In this document: piece by piece, positions 62,051-64,000 of the stretch
Position numbering within the stretch: position 1 is the stretch's first letter
Layout: each line of letters starts with the position of its first letter
From: Gekko japonicus
Taxonomy: Eukaryota
DNA: 64,000 bases
Assembly (NCBI RefSeq): GCF_001447785.1
Contig: NW_015161976.1
Coordinates: 613,269 to 677,268 of the forward strand
Reading direction: 5' to 3'
The notes under the pieces: model-generated
What the model saw: only the letters and a program-made list of their open reading frames with translations
Told to the model about the DNA's origin: nothing
Database searches by the model: none
Position numbers and translations under genes: made by a program

Positions 62051-63404
62051 GTTGCTTACAGGTGTAGGAGCATTAGCGGGATCAGGGAAAGTGGTAGTTT
62101 AGGCATTGGGGCAGATTCTTTGGCTATGGAGGCAGTGTCTGTGTGCCCACATCTTGTGTTCTGGAGAGTCTCTTAAGGGGTCTTGGGGTGGAGCCAATGT
62201 CAGCGGCACTCTCACCACTAGGTGGCAAGGGAGTCACACATGGAGCCAATGTCAGCGGCACTCTCACCACCAGGTGCCTGGCACCTATGTGGTTCCTGGA
62301 GTTTGCCACATGCTGCGCCAATGCTCCTGTGGTGTACTCAATAAAACTGTGGTCAATTTATTCCCAAGATTTTCTGTGGTCTGCTGTATCATGCCTCACC
62401 TGTGCTCCCCTCTATGCTCTTGGGATACACAAATAGTTCTTTGGAAATTGTCAAAGAATGTGGTGACTGAGCATGCAAGTGATGCACAGAAGAACAATGA
62501 CTCTATTTGGCTGAACAACCCATATGATTTCCTTATGGGTCGTGGCTCTGAAGCACGAAATTTATCATTTGTTTGTCTGTGGGGTTCTATGTGATCTACT
62601 GGCTTTATTAAAGCTCAATTATTAAGTGCCTTTCATCACTAGTTGCAAAAGAGAAAGAGTTTAGCACACTGTATTCCTAAATCCCATGTGTGACCAAGGC
62701 TCCCAAAGGCTCATAATACATAAAATCAAGGACAGTTCTTATGTTTCTTGTTACCATTAATAGTGGAATAAGTTCCCCTATTAGTTAGCAGAAAAATTAT
62801 TTTTGAGGGAAAGTAAATTGTGTTTGTATTACAAATTGCATGAGAGAATTCCAGGTGTATTTGGGGTTTATGAACTAGATTCCTGTGTAGCCAGTGGTTT
62901 AAAAATGCTACCAGAAAACGGAACACTTGTCAAGGACTCAGGTGAAATTAGAGGTGTCTTCTGAGACAATCTGAAAACCTCAGCTTGCCTCTGTTATTAT
63001 CTCCTCCCGGCCATTGAAGACTTAATAATAATACCACATCACCATATTCATTCAATATGTTATACAATTGGAACAATTAGATTAACTTAACTTGTGCTCT
63101 CTTGATAGAATTTCCTTTGGATTGTAGCTCCATGAGATAGATTTTAGATGAACCTGTAGCAGGAGGCCTTCAGCAAATGCTTTTAAACTCAATTTGCTTT
63201 AAACATGAGCATCGCTGCTTCCTTGGTGGAGCAACTGTGGGGGGAAAAGCACAAGTTACTGTCCAGGATCTTTCTGCAAATAAATATACAGTGGGAATGT
63301 TTATCACTGTGATTTTGTTGCAGTATTTTGGCTTTAGCATTTCATATCCTCCAGTTCTTACATGAAAACTGTTAACTCAGTGATATCAGGGAATACCTCT
63401 CACT

Positions 63405-63585
63405 TAGTCATAGAAACCTCTGCTTTGTGTCCAGAAGTTCTCAAGTTCAGTCCATGGCATCTCTAGTGAAAGACATAAGATTCTATGTGATGCAAAATAC
63501 CTCTGCCGGAGACCCTAAAGAATTATTGCCTAACAGAATAGAAAATATGGACCTTGGTAGGATCGGTATAAGACAACTTCATGCA
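63405..63585 (+). mobile_element. Degenerate tRNA-derived SINE (Squam2-like)
   Basis: Colinear with 44537-44742. Confidence 0.55.
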
Positions 63586-64000
63586 TTCAGCTTTTTTTGC
63601 AGGGGAGGGGCCATGGCTTAGTTGTAGATAGATTTGCCAGGTTCCTTTTACTGAATTCAGGCCCTGCAAGTAATGGTGGTTTGACCTGGGTACTTCCCCC
63701 ATGCATCCTTATTGGTCAGTGTGGAAAATATTCTCTCTGTGTATATTATCTATCACAATCCTGCTGAGACTCTTCAGAGTGAGAGTCACTTGGATGCAGA
63801 TCCAAATACTAGTGTAAATGAGGATGACAAGAAGAATTTGACCAGCCTGCCTGGTGAAGTAGATTTTAGCCACGACTGCTCTGCCCGTTCCACTACATAC
63901 AGGTCAATCTGGGTCTTAGTTTCTTTATTCCAAGTTGTTTCCTTTGGAGCTATCCATGGTTCTGCAACTTAATGTCCAGCCCAACTGGTGCCTTTCTCCC

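Larger units (their letters stand above)
59595..62400 (+). mobile_element. DIRS/Ngaro-type tyrosine-recombinase retroelement, lacking recognisable gag/RT/RNase H
   Basis: GC-rich 5' part with TATAAA (59797), YR and SGNH remnants, and AATAAA at 62340. Boundaries are approximate. Confidence 0.8.

Overview
Vertebrate genomic DNA from a squamate reptile, most likely a gecko. This rests on Sauria/Squam-type SINEs, BovB, CR1, L2, Penelope and gecko-type hAT MITEs, all recognised by eye without a database search. I found no convincing host protein-coding exon, so the window reads as a gene desert or large intron. AT-rich unique tracts alternate with dense, often nested transposons. Highlights: (1) a TSD-flanked 1.8-kb ORF1-only 'half-L1' element with an intact 354-aa ORF1p and no ORF2 (23079-24884). 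(2) A three-tier nest: a hAT element with internal ~120-bp repeats holds a Ty1/copia provirus with a Drosophila-copia-type half-tRNAiMet primer site, and that provirus holds a hAT MITE, a Penelope fragment with a hammerhead ribozyme motif and a Harbinger MITE (2587-8253). (3) A DIRS/Ngaro-type tyrosine-recombinase + SGNH-hydrolase element with no recognisable gag/RT (59595-62400). (4) A twin-primed L1 with a large internal loss and a nested CR1. (5) A 66-bp palindromic mini-MITE, a Helitron and 5S-derived SINEs. (6) Two locally templated duplications. There are three assembly gaps.
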